Shown one piece after another: positions 51,071 through 63,275 of a stretch of 64,000 bases of DNA. Source of the DNA: Phaeosaccion multiseriatum (taxonomy: Eukaryota > Protista > Ochrophyta, other classes); the NCBI GenBank assembly GCA_965112735.1, contig OZ218952.1:1364001-1428000 (forward strand). The letters run 5' to 3'. The notes beneath the pieces are model-generated. The model saw only the letters and a program-made list of their open reading frames with translations. It was not told the origin of the DNA and did not search any database. Made by a program: the position numbers and the translations under genes. The stretch's first letter is position 1. The number at the start of each line of letters is the position of its first letter.

Positions 51071-53116
51071 AATAAGACTCCTGGCCTACAGCCTCGGTTT
51101 GTGTGCAGGCACCACCGCAAGATGCACACCTCCTCCTCGTCAAATCATCGCTCGGACGACGAGCGTATGGAGGACAGAGCAGCGCCTTGAGGCTAGGCTA
51201 TCACTCACTCACGCACGCACCCCCACACCCTCTCGCCCGCGCTCCCACACTGCCTCCCACGCTCACTCGTCGGTCACATTCCGACACACACGCGCGCACT
51301 CGCTCACTCTCATGCACGCACCCGCGCACACCCTCACTCACCCACTCACTCATGTGTACACGTGTGTGTGCGTGAGATAAGTTAACCTCCTCGAATAATG
51401 TGTGCCCTTACACTGGTAAGGGTCCTGGCGGCCTGTTATTGACCTGCCACGCTACGATACCATGAGCATATTTTTGTGTTGTCCTGCCCTTCTTTTTAGC
51501 TCGCATGTGCTTCTGAGTAGTGTGTGTGTAGTTACCGAACGCCACTACGTCTAGGCGGCAAGGCGGGGATGTTGTAGAAATGGTGCTCTTGCTTCAGAGC
51601 TGAGCCCAGCCGGGTACGGTGACCCGAGACATCATCACGCACGAGGGTCATGTTGCAGACGCTGCGGTACAAAGAGACGAACGAGCTTGGTTTGAGTTGT
51701 GAATCACTTCCCCTGTATTTACTTAAGTTAAACGCTGTCGGCCAAGGCCATAGATAAGACTTGTATACAAAAGGGTATCAAAAAACTATCTCCATGGCAG
51801 CTAAGTCCTGCTGCCTGGGATACAAGAACACTTTGCTACTTGCTTGCTCCCTCCCCCTCTGAATCACGCGAGAAATGCGACGGACACGGGAAACTACGTC
51901 ATCAGCCTCGCGGCTTAAGCACAGTCCGAAGAGTAGCTGGTGAGGCCCGATGAAGGGCAGAAGATGATGGTCTCCGGGGTGAAGTCGGGGTAGGTAACCA
52001 TGCCTGCCGCGGCGCCCTCGCACGTCATCCAGCAGCCTCGGCACACCTGGCCCATGCCGAGGTAGTTGCACAGCAGGCCAGACTCCCCCGACAGGCAGCT
52101 CTCGTCGTAGAAGACGCTCTTGTCGAAGCCTTGGAGCAGCATGAGGGCGGTCTCGGCGTCCATCCCGCAGTCCGTGTCCTCCACCTGGGGCTCCTCTGCC
52201 GGTCCACCTCCTTCTCCGACCATCAGCTCGCAGGCCTGCCACTCGCCCTTGCCGCAGAATCTGCAGTCCATGCCCGCGCCGTGCGCGTTGCATCCGAGGC
52301 CTCCGTACTCAGAGCACGTGGGGTCCATGTAGCACGGCGCCTGCAGAGAAGGAGGTGTGTGTAGGTGTGGCAAAGCGGAAAGGATGGGAGAAAGACGCAG
52401 AAGACAAAGGCGCTAGAGTGAGCGGGGGGGCTTTGAAGTACCTTTGTGCCAAGCAATCCAAGGCGGGCGGAGAACAGTAGCCCACGGCCGCCATGAAAGG
52501 GGGAAGGACACCACACTGCTGTGACTCACCGCGTCGGAGCACTGGTCGGAGCACATAGCTCCCCCCAACACGACGGGGTTGACTGATCCAGGCGAAGGGG
52601 CCAAGCTGGCGAACGGGGCGAAGGCAGGCGCCGCCGTCTCAAGCTGCGCAGAAGCCACGCCGACGGAGAGCAGTGCAGTGGCGATGGAGGCGATGAAGGA
52701 CGTAGTAGGAGACATCTTTTTGTTGTTCTGGCGCTGTTGCTGTTGCTGATGGTATGATTGTGGCCAGGTGGCCTGAGAAGCAGGGTGAGAGTAATCTGTC
52801 ATTTCTTCTAGCGCCGATGTTAAACTATAGCGCCAAAATCGGCAAAAGTAAAAGGCAGTGTGGGGTGGGCCCTAGTAAGTCACGGAAAGCCCCTCGCCCT
52901 GTCCGATTCCCCTGTCCGATCCCCTTTCCCTTCAAAACTTACACCGACCGCAGCAGCAGTGAGTACCGTAGAGAGAAACGGGGACTAGTTGGTTTTGCTC
53001 TGAAGCCGGCTGGGTTTCCACTTGACCGGCCGGGGAAATGGATATGCCCCCTCCGCCCGCCCCCGCCGGAGGAGGGGGAGGAGGAGGCGGTGGGGCGATG
53101 CTCCGCCGCCGGCACT
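50796..53116 (+). repeat. Segmental direct repeat, copy 2 (partner 32351..34653)
   Basis: Near-identical to copy 1; offset about 18.45 kb. Confidence 0.95.
51915..52715 (-). CDS. Secreted cysteine-rich protein, copy C (near-identical to A)
   Basis: Exons 52715-52530 and 52340-51915. Differences from A that I could see: Ala>Val in the signal peptide and one synonymous change. Confidence 0.85.
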
Positions 53117-53151
53117 GCCGGAGCTGCAGTCACCCATTGCTGAAAGTCTAG
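53038..53151 (+). pseudogene. Truncated 5' stub of the FHA-WDR70 gene
   Basis: [22 protein letters not shown] is identical to the 34574 start, followed by a 1-bp deletion, loss of homology at about 53116 and TAG at 53149-53151. Confidence 0.85.
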
Positions 53152-54184
53152 CTAATAAGTAGCGCCAGAATACGATGCTAGCGCCCCTCGAACTGTGACT
53201 CGCTTCATATCGAAGTGAGAAGACACAGCAAGGAGAAAAGCGTAATGTGATCTTCAAGCGCCGCCCAAGGATGGTGCTGGTACATCACGTCTCACGTCTC
53301 ACCCACCGGCGCCGGTGCTCTCCTTGGTCGCGACATCTATGCTTCTCCTACCTACTGTAAGGCCCGCACTTACGGCGAGTACGTGTACCTACTTGGTGAG
53401 TAAGATCAAGGTCACCACGGAATGGGACACGTCGAGCTGGCGCAGCGCCAAGGGGAAGTGGGGTGTGGACGGAGGCCGGGACGGCGACAACGATCAGTTC
53501 TGTTTTCCGGTATTGCTCTTAACGCTGCTCTTAGCTAACGCCATGTTATTTGTGCTCGGTCCCAAGAATCTTGATGATTGGACGAGTGCAGTGGCTCCAA
53601 CCACGCTGCAGCAGGTAGGCGTACCTCATTCGCAGTCCTTGCCACGGCTATGCGGACAACTTCAAGTTCGACTGGGCCACGAACCTCACTGAGACCATGA
53701 GTAGCATCTGCGACAGCACAGACAGCGCCACGGACTTGATCATAGATCGCTTCGACTGGCTGGGGCAGCCGCACCTGCTGCGTGACCCACAAGAAGGGCT
53801 TCCGGTCCATGCGCCGCCGTTACTTCTGACCAGTCGATTTGCCACTCGGAAGTTCGAAGCAATAGAGGAGGGGGAGAGGCCCAGTAGACAGTGTTTCAAT
53901 AGAAGAGAAGCTCTTTTCTTTTTTTTATGATACTTGACTACAATTAATCTGTACAATGTCATCTGTAGTTCCACTCTCTATCCTGCTGCCTCCCAAGAAG
54001 GCGAAAGGCCCACTTCACTGCCATCGTGTTTGTCGCTGCCTGACCGCAACAAGCGCATCTTCCTCTCTCTCTCTCTCTCCTCCCTGTGTCGGAGGAGAGA
54101 TTTACGCCGCTACTCAGTCACACCTCAGCTCACAGCCATCCATCAACATCATGGGCTGTTCAGTTATTCAGTCACACCTCTGCC

Positions 54185-55024
54185 TCACAGCCACGGCGCC
54201 CAGCCCGGGAAGACCCTGCACAAGTTGCCGGGGTCTCTGGCCTGATTGATGAGAAGTTTCACTTGCCCCGTCACGCTTAGCGCCTCCCCGCTGTGCTCCT
54301 CATAACCCTGGAGCTTCTCCCGCACCCGCAGGAGAGCCCGGGCCGCCTTATCGCTGTCTCCTCCTCCTGCTGCTCCTCCTGCTGCTCCTCCTCCTGCTGC
54401 TCCTCCTGCTCCTCCTCCTGCTCCTACTCCTCCTTCGTCTCCGCCTCCTCCTCCTTCCTCCGGCACCGCCCCTGTGTCGTTGACGCCGCCTCCCTCCTCG
54501 TCGTCGTCCTCCTTCTGCCGCTGCCTCGTGTCGATGGGACTCAAGATCCACTTGTAGAGCGGATCGTGGATTAGCACCTCCAGCAGCGTCAGCAGAGAGC
54601 CGGTGTTCTCACGGAGTACCTACTCGGTTTTGGGGGGTGGGAGGAGTGGAGGGCACCCGGGGCCAGGTGAGATGAAGAGAAGAGAGAAGAGAGAGGACCG
54701 ATTCGACGTTATGACAAAGTGAACCGAGAGAACCCCCCACCTCCCACCCACCCACCCTCCCCACCCACTGACTCACTCGCATGGTGGCCTCGCAGGACTT
54801 CTTAAAGACTCCCTCAGTGCCCGTGACTCCCATGCCGTCCACCACGTCTCGTGTGAGGCGGAAGGGGATGGTTTCGGGCGTGTGTAGCGTGCGGCCCTGC
54901 TCGAAGGTCACGCCGAAGTCGATGTGCACAACTTCCGCGGTTGACTGAGATGAGAGGCGAGCAAGAGAGAGAGGAGGGAGTGGGGAGAGAGTAAGGCAAA
55001 GAGGCGGGGGGCGGAGGCGCAGCC

Positions 55025-55095
<71 letters not shown>

Positions 55096-55618
55096 CACAC
55101 ACGCACACTACACACACGCACACTACACACACACACGCACACACACACACACACGCACGCACACACACACAGACTCATACACGTACGTACCATCTTGACG
55201 AGAATGTTGTGAGCGTGTCTGTCTCCGATGCCCAACACGTATCCCACGATGGAGCTCACAGCGACGCTCCTGGTGTAGGCCAAGCGGGCCCCGTGCCAGT
55301 GGACGGGGTTGGGGAAGTGCTCGAGGAAGAAGAAGCGGAAGGCGGGTTGCACGTGAGCGGTCACTTCGTCGAAGGCCTCGCGCTTGTCCACAGGGTTCTG
55401 TTGGGGTGTGCGTGTTGGTTGTTTGTTTGGTTGGTGCGTTGTCATACATACGGGAGAGGGACATGTACACACGCACGCACATGCACATGGGAATAGGCAT
55501 ACGAGGAGGGAGGGGGGAGGGGAAGGGACAGGGGAGAGACGAGGAGGGAGAGGTAGGAGACATCAGGTACCAAACACAGGTGGTGAGCGGTGGGTGGGTT
55601 GTGAATAAGAGGACGAGC

Positions 55619-55673
<55 letters not shown>

Positions 55674-57870
55674 GCCCCCATCCTTACGTGCGTACCTTCA
55701 TCTTATTGCGCACGAACTTCTGCTTCCAGTCCTCGGGGTGATAGCGCGAATGCAGTCCCACCTTGCCCGGCCCATCCGTCAGGAAGGAGCCGAACGGTCC
55801 TGTCCACAGAGGGAGGGAGGGAGGGAGGGAGGGAGGGACGGACGGAGGGAGGGAGGGAGGGAAATGAGGGAGTTATTCCCAGGGCAAAAAAAAAAAAGGA
55901 AATACATGCTCATGCATACACATACAGACCCCTTGCATCCAACACACATGCAAGCACATTGAGGAAGCTGCATCTACCCGTCTGCACCTAAGCTATCACT
56001 GCACCCACTCAATGCCTGCACAATACAAGGCTGTAACTGCCTGTAACTGCCTGTAACTGCCTGTAACTGCCTGTAACTGCCTGTAACTGCCTGTAACGGC
56101 ACGTACCCGTCTCCTCCACCCACTCGATGACTCCGCTTTGCGGCGAGAGGGGCACAATGTTGTAAGTGGTGATGTGCAAATGGCGCTGCCGAGTCGCCGC
56201 CTCCTCCCGCAGCAGGCTGGAGGGAGGGAGTGTTGTAGGTACAGTAGTAAAGGGAGAACAGACGGTGGCACAGTGACAGCAGAGAATGGGCAGAGAGGGA
56301 GACAAGAGGGCAGCGGCGCAGAGCATGGAGGGAGGGAGGGAGGGAGGGAGGAAGGGAGCGTCACAGAGTGGCCGGGGCAGAGGCAGAGAGACAGAGAGGC
56401 AGAGAGGCAGAGAGGCAGAGAGGCAGAGGGGTAGAGAGAGAAGGACCGGGGGGATATCGGCGGGGGCAAAGGCGTATGGGTGGGCAAGCAGGCAGGCATA
56501 CGGGCAGGCAAGAGGTATGCCAGCCGCAGCTGGCACCTGCTGCGGCCTCCCCTCCCCTCTCTGCCCTATTTGCGCGTGTTGGTGGTATGGACGGACCTGT
56601 TGACGGTGCCGAAGACCTGCTGCATCACCGCGTCTTGGCGGAGATCATCCCCTCCCTTCACCACCTGTCCAGCAAGAGGCAGGCATATGGATAAGCAAGA
56701 CAAAAGCCATAGAAAAGAGCAGAGACTATTACATCCATTCCACTACCATCCATCCGCATCCACTACCATCCATCCATCCATCCACCCATCCATCTGCATC
56801 CACTGCCATCCGCCCAACCAACTCCGCTAACCTGTCGGTAGCTGACGCCGTCGGAGCCAATACACTTGGCGATCTTGGGTCTATTAATGCCGGAATCTGT
56901 GAGTGAGAAGGTGTTCTCAAAGCCGCGGATGAGCACCATGCCACTGCTGCCCCCCCGGGTAGGATCGTACTCCCCAAGGGGGTCTACGGGAGGAGGGTGG
57001 GTGAGGACACACGGCGCGTGGGAGGGATCGGTATCGTGCTCGAGATTGGAGGAGGAGGAGGAGGAGGAGGAGGTGCCGCTCTGGCCTCCAGTCGATCTTA
57101 AGAGGAGGGGAGGGGAGGGGAGGAGAGGGGAGGGGAGGGGAGGGGAGGGAAAAGGGAGGAGATCAGATGTGCAGGAGGTCGACAGAGCTGAGAGCGGAGG
57201 CGTGCAGTAAGTCAATGGGGGAAGCCAAAGTGACCACTAAACTTACTAATGTAACGTAACGCACCTAGACCCTAGGCAAGTGACGATGCACTCCTCCCCC
57301 TGCAGCCCGAGCTCTCCAAAGCCGACATTCTTGACCCTCTTTTTCTCCACAAGATCCTTCACGCTCCTCTCGGCAAGGACAGTGTAGGCGCGCACAAGCT
57401 TCTCGAGGTTGAGAATCAAGGGGCGGAGGTGCGGGGGGGAGAGGGTGGACTTCTTGAGCTCCTCCAGCACCTGTAGGCAATGGGAGGGGAGAGGAGGAGA
57501 GGAGAGGAGAGGAGAGGGGAGGGGAGGGGAGGAGAGGGGAGGGGAGGGGAGGGGAGGGGAGGAGAGGGGATGGGAGGGGAAGGGAGGGAAGGGGAGAGGA
57601 GGGGAGGGGAAGGGAGGGGAGGGAAGGGAAGGGAGGGGAGGGGAGGGGAGGGGAGGGGAGGGGAGGGGAGGGGAGGGGAGGGGAGGGGAGGGGAGGGGAG
57701 GCGAGGGGAGGGGAGGCGAGGGGAGGGGAGGTGAGGGGAGGCGAGGGGAGGGGAGGTGAGGGGAGGCGAGGGGAGGGGAGGTGAGGGGCTTAGCACCGAG
57801 ACAAGCGGCCGCGGATGGTGAAAGGGAGAAACCCCAAGACAGACACCCCGACACAGAGACACACAGACAG

Positions 57871-57941
<71 letters not shown>

Positions 57942-57992
57942 AACAGACAAACAAACAGAGAGACAGAGACAGAAAGAGAGAGAGAGACAGAA

Positions 57993-58051
<59 letters not shown>

Positions 58052-58056
58052 TAGAC

Positions 58057-58125
<69 letters not shown>

Positions 58126-59465
58126 CACGACTGACAAGCTACTCACTGACAATCCACCCCCTGCTTGCCCCTACTCACTGACAATCCACCCCCTGCTTGC
58201 CCCTACTCACTGACAATCCACCCCTTGCATGCCCCTACTCACTGACAATCCACCCCCTGCTTGCCCCTACTCACTGACAATCCACCCCCTGCATGCCCCT
58301 ACTCACTGACAATCCACCCCCTGCATGCCCCAAGCCACTTGCCTGCCTGGCCCCAGCGATGCGCCCCCCGGACACGTTGACGCGGAAGGTGTTGAAGGCG
58401 GACACTTCGGCACGCACCTCCCCGTTGGCCAATGCCATGAGCTGAGAGGGCAAGGCAAGGCAAGGCAAAGAGGGCGGGCGAGGAAGGGCAAGGGCCTGAT
58501 AAGGCAAGACCACGCTACCTCCTCTCTCTCTTCCTCCCCTCGTTCTCCTTCCTTCTCCCTCCGCCCCTTCCTTCTCCTTTTGCTCCTCCCACTCCTCTTC
58601 CTCTTGCTCCTCCTCCCCCCCCCTCCTCCTCTTCCCTCTTCCCTTCCGACTGACCTATATGCCTCTACCCTGCCCTGCCCTGTATCACCAACTGCCCTAC
58701 TCTGCCCATATCTCTACACTACCCTGCTGTCACTCACCTTAAGCAGTGCGTGGTGGGGGTGCTCCTTGCACAGCCTGAGGATGAGGGACCTTAGCGTGGT
58801 CTGGAAGAGGTCCCTGCCCCTGCCCGGGCCCAAGCTGCACATGGAGTTGCTGTCCAGCCGACTCGTCACCTACACACCACACCACACCACACCACACCAC
58901 ACCACACCACACGGCCAGTCAGTACACGCACAGGCACACCACACGGCCAGACACACCATAGCGCACCACGCACCCACATCGTTTAGTTCACGCATCCGCA
59001 CGGCACACAAACGGCACACACACGGCACACTGGCACTGACCTGATTGGTGAGGGGGATGAACTTCCAGGAGGGGACGTCCGCCACGATCTTACGCATCTC
59101 CTACAGGGGGGGAGGGGGAGAGGGGTACCGGGGCAGGGGCAGACGCACACAGGTCAGGGCAGATTGCGTGTGTGCCGTACGCACATAGGTCGATCTGTTC
59201 CTCCCCTCCCCCCCCCCCCCTCGTCCTGCCTCTCACATACATACCTGATTGGCGCTGTCCCTCTCATAGTTGTTGAACCACAGACTCACCACCTCGAATA
59301 CCGCCTTGTGGTCCGACTTGACGCCGAGACTGAAACGGCCGGAGGACGAGCACGAGCGTGTGTGTGTGGGTGCGTGCGTGAGTGCGTGCGTGCGTGCGTG
59401 TGCGTGTTTGTGGGTGGGTGTGACCAATGGTGAGTAGGCGGATGGGAGCCGTGCAAACAAAACCG

Positions 59466-59522
<57 letters not shown>

Positions 59523-62197
59523 CGAGACAAGACAAGAGACACTAGCAGCATTCATTCACTGCCAACATGGAAGACAGCCAACGCAGCGCAGCCCAGCACA
59601 GGCCAGCACGAGACAGAACCTCAATACGCATCCCACCACCCCTTCATCCACTGCCATCCCCCCACCGGCCCCACCTGAGGGCGTGGCGGAAGTGCTTGAG
59701 GGCCTCCAACAGGCAGCTCTGCTCAGATGCCTGCACAAGGTCTTGTTCGTTCGAGTCGATGGCGATCTCACGACGCAGCACGCGCTGGTGCCTGGGGGAG
59801 AGGGGGGATGGCAGTGGATGGGGGGAGATGAGGATGAAGCTCTCTCTCTCCATGGAGAGCTCACGACCTCACTCGACCGCAACAAACGGAGAAGAAGAAA
59901 TGTGGCCCTCCTGCTTCCCTCTTCTCCCCGTGAAAGGGCAAAGACCAACAACAACAACAAACAACATCCCTCCCTCCCTCCCTTCCTTCCTTCCCTCCCC
60001 TCCCCTCCCTCCCTCCCTCCCTCCCTCCCTCCCTCCCTCACTTCCCTCCCCTCCCTCCCTTCCTTCCCTCCCCTCCCCTCCCGTCTGCTGACTAACCCTT
60101 CGAGCCTGGTGATCATGTGCTGAAGCTTCTTGCACTCCAAGCTTACATCCTCCTTCCTCCCCCCCCCCCGAGCCGCTTTCTTCTGCCTACTGCTGCCGCT
60201 GGCACTGCCGCTGGTGCCTGCACCACCCCCTCCTCCCGCCCCGCCCCCCGTCCCTTCTCCTCCTCCTCCTCCTCCTCCTCCTCCTCCTCCTGTCTGCAGG
60301 GCTTGAACCTCCCTCCTCTTTTCCTCCATGCGGTCAGCGCACACCTTGGCCTCAGCTTCATCGAAGAGTGCATCGAGGAGGAGGAGGAGGAGGAGGAGGA
60401 GGAGGAGGAGGAGGAGGCGGAGGAGGTAGATAGAGAGATGGATAGAGAACGGGAGAGAGGGAGAGGTGAGTTCCACCAAAAGGGGACAACGAAGGAATGA
60501 ACAGACCAAACAAAGAGATGGACTTCTTTGGACTACAACAGACAACGGGCGAAGGGTGTCATGCCACATTGCTCCGTATCCTCTCACCCCATCCCCCCCT
60601 TCCTCCCCTCCGTCCCTCCGTCCCTCCCGCCCTCCTCTCCCCTCCCCTCCCTAGCCTCCCCTCCCTCCCCTCACCTTTCTTCCTCGTGGTGAGCTCCAAC
60701 GCCTGTTTCCAGGCCTGCGTGTTCATGCGTCCCCTCATGAGGAGGTGCTGTTTGGCTGCGTAACTCGCGAGCGTCAAGTGCGACATGTACTTCTCCGACG
60801 CCACCGCCTGTGAGTTGTGCATGACCATCGTGACAGGAAGTCATTCAGAAGTCGGGACAGGTTCACTTTCAGTAGGCACTTCGTTGTCAGAAGTCGGGAC
60901 AGGTTCACTTTCAGTACCCTCAAAATTACTGAAAAAGTACGAAGGAGAAGATACTCGATGAATGATGAACGATTGTCAAAAGATGGGGAGAATGTAACGC
61001 ATGAAACGCATGTAGCGCATGTGACACTTCTTCTGACTGACCTGCGACAGCCTGACGGAGGGCCTGAGGAACTTGTCGAGTATCTGCTGCGTGGACTCGG
61101 AGCGGGTCAGGGCCATCCAGCCGCCTGCCAGCCGCAGGGCCTTTTGGGTGTGTGTGTCGGGGGGGGTGTTCGAGATGGGGGGTTGTTTCCGGGTTCAGGG
61201 GCGACGGGCTAGGGTCAAGGCGACGGGTTGGGGTCAGGGTCAGGGTCACAGTCCGAGCCAGGCCAGGGTCAGGGCCAGAGTCAGGGCCTCGGTCAGGGCC
61301 GGGGATGTGACGCGAGGGCTCTGCTGTCGCATCAGCTGTTGTACCACCTCCTTCTGTACCACCATCTACTCACCTTGGCCTGTAGCGGCTTGGCCTGTGA
61401 GTCATTGAGAGGGATGCGCGCCTTCTCCACCCTTCGTGCCACAGCTCGAGCCATCTGTACTGCTGAGTCCTGTGCACCGCTTGCCCAGCTTACCTACAGG
61501 GAGGACAGAGAGAGGGGGGGGGGGGAGGGAGGGAGGGAGGGAGGGAGACGACTACTGTCACTCGCGTACACTACACATCAAAACTCCTTCCCCCCACACC
61601 CCCACACCCCCCTCCCTTCCCTACCTTGGACTCGCACAGGCGGCACTCGAGTAAGTCCACTGTATTCTGCTCTGCCAGCACCACCCCGTCCGTCTTTGCG
61701 CTCCTCCCCACCACCATCAGTGCTCTGTGTAGCGCCTCCCCCGCCACGGTGTGCTGCCCTTGCTGCCGAGCCGCCTCTGCGCTGTACAGCAGGTGGGGTA
61801 GGAGGACGTCCCTGCCTATCCGCGGCTGCCATCTGTGAAGTTGTCGGAGCAGGGCCTCGCGTATCGCCAACACGGGCTCCAGGGTGTCGTAGTGCTCCTC
61901 GATGGAGGTTAGGCGCCCTCGCCATCTGTCGGGGTGTGTGAGTGAGGGAGTGAGTGAGTGAGTGGGTAATGATGAGTGAGTGGGATAGTGATGAGTGAGT
62001 GAGTGAGTAAGTGAAGGAGTGAGTGAGTGAGTGAATGAATGAATGAATGAATAAGTGAGTGGGTGAGTGGTTAGTGGGTGAGTGAGTGAAAGAGTGAGTG
62101 AGTGACGGAGTGGTGAGGGGTGAGTCGTGTGTGTGGCCAGGTTCAAAGGAGGCGGAGAGGGGGTGAGGGACGACCCACAATAGCACACTTACATACT

Positions 62198-62228
<31 letters not shown>

Positions 62229-63235
62229 TGTCACGCACACACACACACGCCGCACACACACACACGCACACACACATAAGCACACACAGAGACACCATTT
62301 TCGCGGGCAGCGCTAGCCTTCCAACTGCTGTCTCTGTATCACCAACTGCTGCTGTCCCGTGAGTGAGTACCGAGCACAGACCTGTCCGTCAAGCGAGCGA
62401 ATGTCTCATGCTGCAGCCGCTGCTCCTCTCCGAGGCCGCCGAAGAAGCCACCCCTGTCCCCCCCCTCTCTCTCTCTCCTCCCCTCTGCGGCCGCTGCTGC
62501 GAGCTTGGCGCTCTGAAACTCTTCAATCTCCACCAATATTTGCAGCTGAATATGGGGGGATGGGGGAAGCAGCAGCAGCAGCAGCAGTTGGTGATACAGC
62601 AGCAACAGCACCCATCCGACAGAAGGGAGGGGTGAACAGGTAGACAGATTGAGACAGAGGGAGGCAGGGGGGGGGGGGAGGGAGAGGGAAAAGAGCGAGA
62701 GGCTCAAAGCTCTGCCCTACCCCACTCTCTCACTCCCTCGCTCCCTCACTCCCTGACTGAGTGACTAACTGACTGACCGACTGCCTGACTGACTGACTGA
62801 CTGACTGACTGACCTGCGCCAGGCAGGGATAGAGCGCGGAGCCGCCCTCGTGTCCGAGCACCGAGCTCATGGTGGAGAGCACATCTGCGGCATTTGGTGG
62901 TACGACACAGAAGGGATATGAGAGGAAGGGGGCGAGAGCAAGGGGCAGGGGTAGTGGTAGAGGTCAAGACATCGCCCAGCACAGAAGAAGAGGGAGAGGA
63001 GAAGCATGAGCGAATGTCAGTTCAGACGTCGTGTGTGTGCGTGCAGAGCCTCGCGATAAGTCATCTGTACCATGAACTATGGACTACACTATGGACTACA
63101 AGGAACGTGTAGGGCCGCCCCGCCGTCATTGCCCCTCTCCGAGAGGGAGAAAGAAATCCATCACGCACAGGCACACAAACACACGCGTTCTGCCTGCAAT
63201 ATCTACCCGCCTCTCCACCAGTCAACCACCCCCCC

Positions 63236-63275
<40 letters not shown>

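Noticed and set aside
32351-53116. LTR retrotransposon or composite transposon bounded by the 2.3 kb repeats
   Set aside because: No TG..CA ends, TSD, PBS, gag/pol or transposase; the repeats consist of host gene pieces.
55996-56020. Intronic AG-GIEWVQ* echoing the ATM exon's VIEWVE (possible poison exon)
   Set aside because: Only about 13 of 15 nt match and the flanking exons join in frame without it; chance cannot be excluded.
61190-61300. Telomere-like TCAGGG/CCCTCA/CCCTA tracts (also 12690-12910 and 22170-22305)
   Set aside because: Degenerate, almost no TTAGGG units, and indistinguishable from the many other intronic simple repeats.
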